From Antedon mediterranea (Eukaryota; Animalia; Echinodermata), in assembly GCF_964355755.1 (NCBI RefSeq), contig NC_092670.1:16044795-16108794 (forward strand): 64,000 nt of DNA, given 5' to 3'. Positions within the stretch are counted from its first letter, which is position 1; each line of letters opens with the position of its first letter. The translations under genes and the position numbers were made by a program. The notes below the pieces were generated by a model, which made no database searches, was not told the origin of the DNA, and worked only from the letters and a program-made list of their open reading frames with translations. Shown one piece after another: positions 1 through 13,745 of this stretch.

Positions 1-169
1 CCACTAAATCTGTTTTGCATGACCATGTTTTCAAAAGTCACTCTAATAACCAATTACTATATAGAATACTAGATATCAACAAGCAGTGAGTAAAACAAAA
101 TATAGAAAACATGGCACTTTTTATTTTTAACAGACTTAGCTAAAGTCATTCATTTTTTTAAATTATCAG

Positions 170-347
170 ACAATACCGCCTTGTAGCTTACAGAGTTGTA
201 CTACAATGGATTCTACAAGGTGAAAAACTAGGCTACAAGAACAGAATGGTATTGCCAGCTTGTTTGGTCAAGAAAATTAGAGAAAAGTTTCCTTCACCTG
301 ATGGAACATACAAAGGTTTTTCTTGGCCTGCTACTGATGATGCATAA
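170..347 (+). CDS. Last exon of KolX-like accessory protein, homologous to the P2X7 receptor C-terminal 'ballast' domain (5' exons not resolved or outside the window)
   Basis: Acceptor ttatcag|A at 169/170; reads QYRLVAYRVVLQWILQGEKLGYKNRMVLPACLVKKIREKFPSPDGTYKGFSWPATDDA* (TAA 345-347); AATAAA at 368-373. The motif R..AYR...W...LP.C....IR..FP...G.Y.GF matches the P2X7/KolX C-terminus. Confidence 0.85.
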
Positions 348-416
348 TTTGTTCGATTAAACTGAAAAATAAACTTTGTATAACAACAGTATTTAAATCA
401 TCACCATCATAATCAT

Positions 417-3400
417 CTACTGATTATCCATAATTTGCTCGGTTCTTTGACAATATTCATTTATTAATAAATCTTTAGAAGGTTGTTCCTGCTTTGAGAT
501 GTTTTTTGGTAATTCTGGAAGAGGCACTGCAGATTCTGTATATTTGTACCTTATACCTGGGTCCATTCGTCTCTGTAGCGTCTTCTCAACCAGATCAACA
601 ACGTAATCATATTTTTTAGCTTCATAAATTTTTTTGGCAGACCATGATCCATCGCCCCGTTTTGGGCAAACCATTTTGTATCGAAGATCACCTACAATTA
701 AATTCAGAAAAACAAATCATTTTTAATAGGCCTATTATGTAGCTGGACTAGACAGTTTAGACATGGGTGAACAGAGAATATAATAAAATGTTGTATATTA
801 ACTTAAAGTGTCTTATTATTTTATTACATGCATTATAAGTATTACCTGCAATTGTTTGTGCCTGTTTCCTGCCAACATTAGCATTATGATCTATAACTGC
901 TAGCTGAGTCCTGCCTTGCATAGAACCATAATGAAAGTGAATTCGTTTTGGGGCAAACTTGGTGTACGAGGCATGATAGGACTCTAAGGTACCTGAATTG
1001 AAGAATTGAGCAGTGAGTAAGTAAAATGGGTTTTACACTAACGTTTAATTCTTATTGTCTACACAAAAAACATTTCACACCCACCAGTATGCTTAAATTC
1101 TCCAAGTTGACCAAGATCATTATCTAATCTTTTATCCAGTACAATTTTTTTCAAAGCATCATAGGCTGGCGAATCATATTCTAGCCATATCTTGCTTTCT
1201 GCTTCTTCTTCTGTTAGGGCACTGTGTGCACAGGTATTCTCAATCCCATCTTCCTCCCATCTGTGAACATTTACCACGTGATTTAAAATTGATTTCCACC
1301 TGTTTTTGAGTACCTAAACATTAGTAAAAAAATAGTGTAAAGCTCAATTTAGAGAATGATGATGATGGTGCTCTTTTTTCTTTTATACTAGTATAAGAGC
1401 AGTTTATATAGTACTGCAATATTTTTTATTGGACACAACTTTATTTTTATTTCTGTATTAATTATATAGTACTTATTAATAATAAACACAGTATAAAGCA
1501 GAACTGATTTTTTAATTTTGAGTATTTTATATATCAATTATCAATATGATGATGTACATAAATATATATTTTTGTTTTGTTTACAGTATATTGACAGGGC
1601 TTGTTAAGCACATCACAAGATGAGAGTTTCATTACTTTTGCTTTTCCTCTTCACCCCTGTCGATTGAAAAAAAAATTCACTAGTGGTCATACCTGGACAT
1701 CACCTTTACAAGTTGCACAACAGAACCACAAATGGTTTGTTATGCTCTTGGTCCACAATAATAGGTGCTCATTTCCCTTCTTTTTACCACTTGCCAAGAC
1801 TTTCTTTTTAATGCCTGAAATATTTGATAAAATATACAATATAGTATTAGTAAAACAATTTATGAACTTTACAAACATGATTACAGTATATACTGTACTC
1901 GCTGGTGCTACACTAGTAGACTAGAAGAAGTGTCAATTGAAATTACACTGTGTGAGATGAGATAGATTAGAGCAAACTCATATAATGCTCATTTGTACAA
2001 TATGTATATGGGGCTTATTTATATACTGATGAGAGTAAAAAAAATGAAGGATTTAATTTGGTTTTAGTTTGTTAGAAAATTATTTTACTGTATCAATCAT
2101 ACCTTTACAAACATGCCAGCAATCAAGCTGATGTGATATCTCCCAGTATTCGTCCTTCATAACTTTTCTGATTGATGGTGATCTGTCAGTTGTGATTGTT
2201 TTGATGTTGATGCCATGACCCAACAAAAACTCTAAACTTCTGATGAAACCTTCCTTTTCCATTGCTACTGAGCTGGAACATTCCGTCACTTGTATCAGCC
2301 GAGCATCAACAATTTTGTCACTTTTCTCTTCAATAAAAGAGTACGTAGAATATTTTGCGGAATACCCTGGCGAGTCTGACCGGGCGTCCCCCAAAATTGA
2401 GATAGTCTCATTATCCAAACTTCTTAAAATGAGTTCGGCAATCATCACATCTTGTTGTTCCTTATATGCTTCATTTATGACTGGCAACAAATAACATTTT
2501 TGAATTTGATAAAAACTTGATGATGATAAAAAATGCATATCAAGAATTTTAGCAAAATTATTAATTGCTTGATATGTGTTTCCACTGTACAAAATAGCAG
2601 AGGCTGTAAGTAAATTGATTTCTGCCATTCCACGAACATCTGGACAGCTTTCCCATTTGCCAAAGTGATATTCAGTACATTGCCAATGTACAATTATTTT
2701 TGCTCCCCTGTATAACACATTTGTTGATATTATCTTCTGACCGCATTCTTGGCATCGCTTAAACATTTCAAGCACACTATCAACATTGACTATCACTTTT
2801 CCTGTAACATTATCATCTACTACTTCTATTTCTTCTTCAGAGGGAGAAGAACTGTCCTCTTCTGGTATCCATCCCATCGACTCATTTCCATGTGATGATG
2901 AAAAGCTTACATTTAAGTCCTGTAAAATTATAATATTATATAGTTTACAGAATTTGATATTATTACATACACTACGCATTCACAAGTTGGTGAAGATAGA
3001 TAAACCATAAATAATCATACCTCATCATCATTGCCATGTACTGATTTTTTTTCTTGGACATCATGTGATGTATGCGATGATTCTGAGCCTGTGAAAACCT
3101 AAATATATTTATTTTTCTTTAATACCATTTCTACACAGTAACAAAAAATAGAATTGTTTTTTTAAACTATAGTTAGTGTTATTTGTTGTTGTTCTCAATC
3201 ACCAAATGATGGCTAGTAGTTAGTAGGCCTAGTTAGTAGTAATCATCATTATAGCATTTTTCATTTAAAAAAAATAATGCACTAAGAAAGGGCCTATCTC
3301 TAGCTAGTAGTAGTAGTAATACTATCTAGCATAGGCTATATTTTTTCTTGTTTGGATTTATAGGCTAGGCATAGCCTAAAATCCCTAGGCCTATATCATA

Positions 3401-3948
3401 AATGTAATATTTTAATAATGTACAGAGTAGTAGGCCCAGTCAATTGTTAATTTTTTTTTAGGCTTAGCCTAAACATAAAAAGAAAAAAAAAACTTATTAC
3501 TATTAGGCCTATAATTTACTTTGATATATTAGGCCTAATTATTAATATATTATTGTTCTGGTGGTAAATTCATCATTGTTCTTACCGATTCTTGATTACC
3601 AGCCTCCTGTCTTTTTTTAAATGCACTTCTCATAGTTGTACTACTAGGTTTGTTAAATGCAAATATACTTGGTACTGCGTCAGGTTTCAGGCGGTGTTTT
3701 GGCTTGTAAAGATGCGGAGCTAGATCGTGTTTTGGGTCAGGTAGGTAATCTGACTTCATGAAGTGCTTTCCACAAACTCGCAAAGTTCTGTATGTCGACG
3801 GCTTACAGCCGGGATTCAAATTAGCGTTTCTAATAACAGTTAACCATCTTCTGGCCAACGCCTTATCATTTGGAAAGGTATGAAAGGGTATTCCATCTAA
3901 TCGGGCTTTTTCGTATTCCCGACAATTTGAAACAACACACGCCGGCAT
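417..3948 (-). CDS. Kolobok transposase with N-terminal THAP zinc finger, 7 exons, about 676 aa
   Basis: Exons 3948-3586, 3098-3021, 2919-2103, 1814-1693, 1313-1085, 992-846, 691-417; all GT-AG, 2031 nt in frame. THAP C2CH (CVVSNC..W..VCGKHF..AVPSIF); CQEC..C..H cluster; candidate catalytic motifs GDARSDSPG, TTDRS, LDCWH and HTGTLESYH..KFAPKR..ARTQLA-like (GRTQLAVIDHN). Confidence 0.9.
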
Positions 3949-5903
3949 TTTCAGTTCCCTCTCTCTACTACTACTCTACACAATGTTGATCACACCACCG
4001 TCACACACACGAGGAGGAGAGGAAGCTCGCACACGGCCCAAAAATCGCTAGCTAGCTAGCAGAGAAAAAGTTTTGAGTCCGATATGGTTGAATGATTCCA
4101 GAACGTCATACGTCATGTTTCTCTACTAGCTACTCTTCGGGTCCCATAGACAAGTCTCGCAAAGCGCGAACATTTCTAGTAAACACACTTTTTAAATAAA
4201 TCGTAAAAAATATAAAAGTTGAATTTTTTTATTGTTTGTTTTGCCTATCTGGATATTGAAGTGTTTCTTCAAAATACCAGGAAAACATTTTGGCAAATTT
4301 AAGTAATTTAAAAGGTTAAATAAGCAATTGAAGTGACGGTACCTATCTTTTGTATGGTAACAACAGCGAAAACTCATTAAGTAGATTATGCGATGCACCT
4401 GTGACGTCACAGCAATTTACGGCGACGGCTGTACGGCGAGCGCGTGCGGCGATATCCTCGATTTAGCGATGGTTCTGAAATCATATGTATACCCCTAATA
4501 CGTTTTTAAAATATGGTCCTCGGTACAGTTGTCCTTTAATACGTATATTTATGTCATTCTGCGTTCACGTTAAATTCAAACTTTGTGGTCGTCAGTTCTT
4601 ATTCCAAACTTGGTGGTCGTCTTCAAAGTTTGGACGGGTTTCTTAATCATACGTGCAGGGTATAGTAAAAGTAGAGGCTGATGCAGTTACTAGTCGCCGG
4701 TGATAAAGTAGGCGAGGCAAATTATATAGTCTGCCATTGGATAAGTCATCAGGTCTACTTCCACGGTTAACCCACAACGACCGTAATATATTATCATGGA
4801 TAATCCCATGTTGTAAACCACACAAATGAACAGTACACTCTGATTTAACATTAAACAAATTAAACTTGTTAATCTAATTAGATAATTAACTTTAATAATC
4901 TTTATTTTATTTCACATCAAAGTATAATAATTGCCCTAACCATAACAATGATGACAGCTGTATAATAGAATTATTAGTTCTAGTAGTATCCTTCTGATGA
5001 AAAAAACTATTGATACAAAATGCCATATTGGTGTGGTCTACTTTATGGGCGGTGGTGATTGCAGTACTGTACTGCAAGTGGTGGGGCCTACACTGTGTAT
5101 GAAGAAATACCTACAGTATTAAAAAAAAAAAAGTAAATAAATAATAAAGTACTGTATTAATAAACAATAATATATTTTCAATGACAAACATTTCTTTTAA
5201 ACAAAGACACAGTATTATAATTTTTTAATGACAAGTATACTGTAGGTCATGTTATTAATATATTTGTTATTTACATTGTAGAGTTTAACCAATTATAACC
5301 TAACCTATTTTGTTAAATAAAATGATTATCTTTTTTGTCTGACCAGAATAGGCGTAATCAGTTGTAAACCTCTTGGTTATAACATAAAGAGTTTATCCCA
5401 AAATAAAATTTGGTGACAGAGATGAGGGTGGATGGGGACACTAGTCAATTTCAGTAGAGGTACCATGGTATGTTGGTACACTTACCACATGGATCAATTG
5501 ACTTCGTAAAAGAATTCCAAAAACAGAAATCAATGAAATGTTTCAAACATTTTATAATAATACCCGTCGTTTTAACGCACTTCAAAGATAGATGATATAA
5601 ATAAGTTTAATTAGAACACAATTTATAGATAATTGACACCAAAATGTAAACAAAATGTGTGTAGATGTGATTAATTATGTCTCATAATACTTGGATCTTC
5701 TACAACTGTTTTCCATTACTCTAATCGTGCACTGTCAGTTAATATTGAAGACTAAATGTGCCTCAATCAGAGGCAGCAGTAATCTATTCATGCATTTATA
5801 TTATCTTAAATTATGTATAAGGAGTGAATATTATTAACTTCAATTTCATTACCCTTTTTTCTGAGCTTAAAGCTAACCAAATAAATTCAACTATAAATTC
5901 CCG

Positions 5904-8115
<2,212 letters not shown>

Positions 8116-10849
8116 ATGGAAGAAGAAGGGAATATAATCCCTCAAATTGTTAGGCCCAAAGCGTCCACATTTCCGACACTAGCGAGCGTAGCTTCGGCTG
8201 CTGCATCCTCTTCCTCATCGTCGTCGTGTACGTCTACGTGCATAGCTGACAATTCTGCTAACGAATTTAATTCCGAGCAACGGAAAGTAACATTTGACTT
8301 TAGTAATCTTGATTGGTCCCCCGAACCGCCTGCAGGAACCCATTTTCTTGGTACTCAACCAAAAGACTATGTTTTACCTGGCGGAGCCGGAGGAAGCAGC
8401 AGCGGACAATGGAATTGGCAATCGCAACAACATGCCTTCAATGGAAAAGTAGTGAGAAAAAAGTCAAGGTTAAGAAGCAGACGAGGAGCAGTATCGCTTA
8501 CAAAGTCTCCAGTTGGGTTAGATTTAGTAGGTAATTATGACTATTTCTTTTATTCATTATTGCCTGAAACATCTCAATGAATGATGTCATACGCACCGCA
8601 CCCTACAGATGTACGTCCACACTAATGAAAACCCTGTTTTACCATTCTATACACTGTGTCTGAAGATATAAAATAACAAATTTCTGGAACTGGTTTGAAT
8701 GTAAATCTTAAAAACATCTTTCTTAACATCTTTAATTTTTTATTCCAGCTGAAAGGAAACTAAGAAAAGCTGCAAATGCTGGGGATGCAGAAGAAGGTAT
8801 AAACAAATCACCAGATTGAAAAATATTGAATTTCATTGGTTTTTCAATATCTCCTATCCAGAATCTAGGGCCCATTATTACACACCATGTCACTTAAACA
8901 AATTAATTCCTCCATGAAATAACACAATGTTCAGAGACTCTTTTTTTTATACAAGAGTGATGAAGCTCTGAAACAAACTACGGTACCTTCACATGTTGTT
9001 TCATGCACAACACTTTTTACATTCAAGAATACCTATGACAATTACATATATATTCTTTTAGAGGAGGCAGTCTTGACGAGTAAAAAAATACTCTAAAAGT
9101 CTCCTTATATCACTAAAGTAAGATAACTGGTAGTAATCCAGTTTTGGTTTGAATGCCATGTTGCCCAATTTGAGTAACCTTTTGAGTAAAATTTGTTTCT
9201 CATCATCCTGTTTAAATGTGCACCAATAATATGTTCAGGTTGACAATAGACTAGTATCCAATTCAAAGGGCGTCATGTTAAGTATAGAAATGAACTCTAG
9301 TGACCAAAAATAAAGTTCTTCGTACATAATCTAGCCAAGTATAGAATAACAACTAATCATTGCTTCTTTTATGCAGTTGATAGACTTCTAAAAGATGAGA
9401 TAAATCCAAATCGTTGTGATGAAAAAGGACGAACAGCTCTTCACTTTGCGGCATCAAAGGGAGCACAAGCTGTTGGTAAGTTTATAACAAACTAAATAAA
9501 TCTATAACAAAAAAATCTATTTGTTTGTACTGTTCTCATTAATTGATAAAATGTATCGTTCATTTTTTCAGTTCAATTACTACTGAGTAATGGAGCGGAT
9601 CCTAACAAGACAGATGCAATTGGAAATACTCCACTACATTTAGGTACGCATCATTGGTTTTTCAACAGTGAAGCTGTAGCTTGATGGTTAACTTGCTTGC
9701 CTTTCAATCCCAAAGTCAGGGTTCAATCCTAACCTAGTGCCAGGGTATAACTCACTCTAACTCTTTTAACTCCACTCCCTAAGCCTCAAATGAAATTTTA
9801 TAAACATGATAAATTATAAAATAGTTATCCATCCTGTAATTACCCAGTTACTCGCTGTTGGATGCATATGAAATTTAAAAAAAATTAAAAAGTAACTAAC
9901 TGTAGGGTTAATATAGCACTAATAACAATTTTTATCTTTTCAGCTGCAATAGGAAGTCATATAGGTACAGTGTTAACACTATTACAAAACCGAGCCGATG
10001 TGCACGCACTTGACAAGAGTGGTCGTACACCTATACACCTTGCACGTGTTAGAATCTCGCACATTTGTGGACAGAACTTGTTCTCATTTCGCTTGAAGGA
10101 TGAAGTAAAACAGGTACTGTACATCTATAAATTATATTTATTTTCCTGGCTGTGACCGTGTACATTACCAAATAGGTTATTTTTTTTGTATTGATTTTTG
10201 TTAGGTAATCAATATGCTGAAGGCATATATGAACTGCCTTGGAAAAGACGATAAGGTACTTGCATTAGAGAACATTGGAATACAACTACAACACACTACC
10301 AACAAAAAAGAAGTAAGTTGAAGCACTTCAAATGATGCCATGGCAACAAATAAACAGCGGTACACAGGCGGATTGTAATTCTAACAATGTGTAATGCAAA
10401 AGATAGGACATCAATCAAATTAAGTTCAGCACTTCATTTCACCCCCGCTATTTTAAGATCCTGGATCTGCCACTGTGATAGTCTAATACACTGAGGAAAT
10501 AAAATGTTTAGAATGTCTTGATGCTTCGATTGTTATGGTACAGCCATTACCTCAGAAGACGGTTGTAGCATAACAACCGAAAAACATCTGTACATTCTTA
10601 ACCATAGCTTCTTTTTATTTTGAAGTGTACAGTAAACATAATTTTACTAGTTTTGTCAAATTAACTATTTACATGGCATTTATACTGCAAGTTTTAGTTA
10701 TAGTTTATTACGATTTGTGTTTCAGTTCATTGTATTGAAGATTTTGTATTGAATTTTAGTTAAATTAACCCTTTTTTGTGTTTATTTTGCAGATGGATGA
10801 AGTTCAGAGTATGCTTGAAGGTTTCACCACCATGAGCTTGGATTCATGA
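8116..10849 (+). CDS. ANKRD54: Ankyrin repeat domain-containing protein 54, 7 exons, about 322 aa
   Basis: Exons 8116-8530, 8749-8796, 9377-9475, 9572-9643, 9944-10113, 10205-10312, 10793-10849 (969 nt in frame). Ankyrin repeats KGRTALHFAA, IGNTPLHLAA, SGRTPIHLA; C-terminus KKEMDEVQSMLEGFTTMSL resembles ANKRD54. Confidence 0.85.
9672..9760 (+). mobile_element. Degenerate tRNA-derived SINE head
   Basis: A-box-like TAGCTTGATGG and B-box-like GGTTCAATCC at tRNA spacing; no complete cloverleaf. Confidence 0.45.
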
Positions 10850-10872
10850 GGCATAGAATTACAGTAGTGTAA

Positions 10873-10992
10873 ATCTCTGTCTACACTATCAAACTAGTTT
10901 GAAAAAAAAAAGTGTGACGTGCCCAAATATAGTAGTGATATATCATCGTGTCCATATATGAGCACATAAAGTTGGATAGTGTAGACAGAGCT
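10873..10992. mobile_element. PIF/Harbinger-type MITE family A, copy 1
   Basis: TIR (AG)CTCTGTCTACACTATCAAACT ... GATAGTGTAGACAGAGCT flanked by TAA/TAA. Confidence 0.75.
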
Positions 10993-11985
10993 TAAGAGCT
11001 ATCCAACAGTATTCACCCCTCCATCCTTTACTTAGTTTTATTTCATTTTAAAATTTAGTACTATCCTCAACTCTTAGCAGTACTACAACAATATTTTAAA
11101 TGTCAAAATACATTTTAAATGTATTCATGTAAATACATTTATAATTAACTGTATTGCAGAAAAAAAAAACAAAAAAAACCAAGATACATTTTTAATAGGC
11201 TGTAAGTAGATCACCAAACCTTTAAAATAAAGTATAATTTTGAAACATATTTCCATCAGTAATAGATGATATAGTGGAACAAGTAATAAAAAATAAGAGG
11301 ATAAATGTCTACAAATTATTTAGATAAATGGCCTTTTATAGTCAACAAATCTGCTCTGAACGTCACTTTTAATTAATTTAAACAAAGTTATAAACCAAAA
11401 ATGTGACATGCGCCAAGGTTATAGTGGAGTCATCCATACATATGCGAGAAAGAGATTTTTTTCAAAGGTTTGATTTAAAAACCAACAATTTGTGTACTGT
11501 AAATTTTGACAGTAATAGTTATTAATTTTTTAGATTTTTTTTCTATAGAAAAAAAATGCATGCCGTCTATTTTAATGCACACATACAGTAATACCAAAAC
11601 ATGGTTTATAGATTTGTTCTATTTTGTATGAAAATATAAAATTCTGTTGCAATAAACTTAAATTCTAGATAGAGATGTGTTCTAATTTTTCCCTATTACT
11701 CCAAAGCATCAACACCACAGTGAATGCATAGCTTCACACCAACATACAATATCATCTTCACAAAGAGATTACAGTATATCTTAACTAGAGAGTGAGTTGG
11801 CTAAATGATGCCAACACAGTAGGGAATCTTTAAAATGGCTGCCAATTACAATATATGTTTAAAAATAGTTAGTAGGCCTATAAAAATAATGACCTAAATT
11901 ATTAAAAGAACCACATCAGAACAATTTTAAATAAAATTCTTACTAATGGTAATGAAATAAATAACTTCATGGTAAATTTCTCTAA

Positions 11986-12095
11986 AGATATATTGTCCCC
12001 CTGAATAAATATTTCCTAAAAACATTTTAATGTCGCATAATAGTTATCCACTAAAGTTATCTTCATTTTTAATGTTTTTGGGGGACAATACAGCT
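11986..12095. mobile_element. Kolobok-type non-autonomous MITE
   Basis: AGATATATTGTCCCC ... GGGGACAATACAGCT, flanked by CTAA/TTAA; a related left end follows TTAA at 25022. Confidence 0.55.
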
Positions 12096-12999
12096 TTAAA
12101 TTAGGAGTTCGGACTCGAGTTAATTATACAATCTCTTTGACATCATCAATGATGTTTGAACTGAGGATTCGTCACAAGAAAAATACAAAAAAACAAAAAG
12201 TTGATTCCAGATTACTTTATTTTTATGTCAGTCAGTAGCTGAGTAGCAGATACACTTTTTGATTAACACATTTTTTTAGTGGTTGGCAAATCTTTACATA
12301 AAAATAATATATATATATTTTAGATTATAACCATTTAAAGTATTCTTATAACAACAACAAAAACTAAAATATTTTGTATATAGGTAACTAATTAATAATA
12401 TGGATATATAAACTAATAAAGGTACAGAATACGGCAGTATAATAAGAGTTTCTGGACATTTTGCACGTATAAATTATACAAGTACCATTGAGAATTGCAT
12501 AGTAAGCAACAACATCATGGTTACTTTAAAAAAACAACTTTATATTGGTAAACAGAAGAGCAAAAAAATTCTAATTATTTTCATTATTGGCATGAATATT
12601 ATTGTTATTATCTTATTTAAATAGGTTTATTATTGCAAAGATTGATTTGATTGGTTGATTTTAATGAATTTAGAAATCACTAAAAAGTTGCTGAAATGTC
12701 ACTCTCTCCACATTGCACTTCTGTATTATCAAACAATAAAACATACAATATTGCTATTGTTTTAAATCCCACCTTTTTGGGAAATAAATCAAGAAGTTAA
12801 AAATATGTTCTATATTTATTGTAACTGCAACTGCTTATGTATAACCATAAATGAAAGGTTGGGTGAAACATCTGACCAATAAATTTAACTCCATCATGTT
12901 GGTGCAGTACCTGCTGCTTCCTTGTTGGACTCAAATCTGACTCTAGCCATCAGAGTAAGCTTGGGTTGAATGCCAGGCTAGTGATCTAAAGGTTGTGGG

Positions 13000-13209
13000 C
13001 AGTGGCGTAACGGCTATAAGCGCTCACTGCCTTAACCCAGAGGCCTCAGACCTTATGGAGGCCTCAGACCTTATGGGGACCCCTGAGCAGTGCCCAGAGA
13101 CAAAAATAGGCATTAAAATATGTTGAAAAAGGCTAAATAGGCCTGAAGCCTCCAGTGTTGGATGGCCACTTAAGGTTCCTAAACCTTTGGCCTCTGCGTT
13201 ATGCCACTG
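13000..13209. mobile_element. hAT-type MITE
   Basis: TIR CAGTGGCGTAAC / GTTATGCCACTG with a perfect 8-bp TSD GTTGTGGG (12992-12999, 13210-13217). Confidence 0.85.
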
Positions 13210-13745
13210 GTTGTGGGGATCAAGACCTATCTGAGCATATTCAGTAAAATTACATCAAAGTTGGGCAAATAACTCCCGGATGCAAGTTAAATCAATTGTA
13301 TATGTATACTGTACATCATCATTGTTAGTTACTTCATGAATGATTCATTTAACAGTATCTTTTGTGTTGAATCTATGTGTTTGTGATATTGTACAAAATC
13401 TACAATATTGTCAACTTATACATTTGCATGACATTTTAGGCACACTTGACACAAACTTGAGCACTGACTTAAGAGTAAACTTCAAAATTGTTACACATTT
13501 TCATACTATACATAGTATATCAAGTAATATAAGTGTTATAGCTACTATAATATAAGAATACACCATACAACATTGAGGAATAGCTGTTATTCAATCAAAC
13601 TTGCACATACTCTACCTGAAAGCCCTAATGGTAAGGCATATCAATCAGGCAGAAGAGTGTCTTTACTATTTCATAATCATTTATTTCCTCTTTTTAAAAA
13701 TATATCATAAGAATACAAGATTAAAATAAAAATCTAGGCTTAGCT

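Larger units (their letters stand above)
1..4535 (-). mobile_element. Autonomous Kolobok-superfamily DNA transposon (one terminus present; the other lies beyond the left window edge)
   Basis: Contains a THAP + DDE transposase (-) and a convergent KolX-like gene (+). On the - strand the end reads TTAA|AGGACAACTGTACCGAGG (TTAA at 4536-4539), fitting the Kolobok 5'-RR terminus and TTAA target. The second TIR and TSD are not visible. Confidence 0.85.

Noticed and set aside
1-90. Upstream KolX exon ending at GTGAGT (86-91)
   Set aside because: One frame is open, but I could not recognise KolX motifs, so it is left unassigned.
9672-9760. Functional tRNA gene (also 53286-53350 and about 23895-23960)
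   Set aside because: A/B boxes are present but there is no intact acceptor or anticodon stem; treated as SINE heads.
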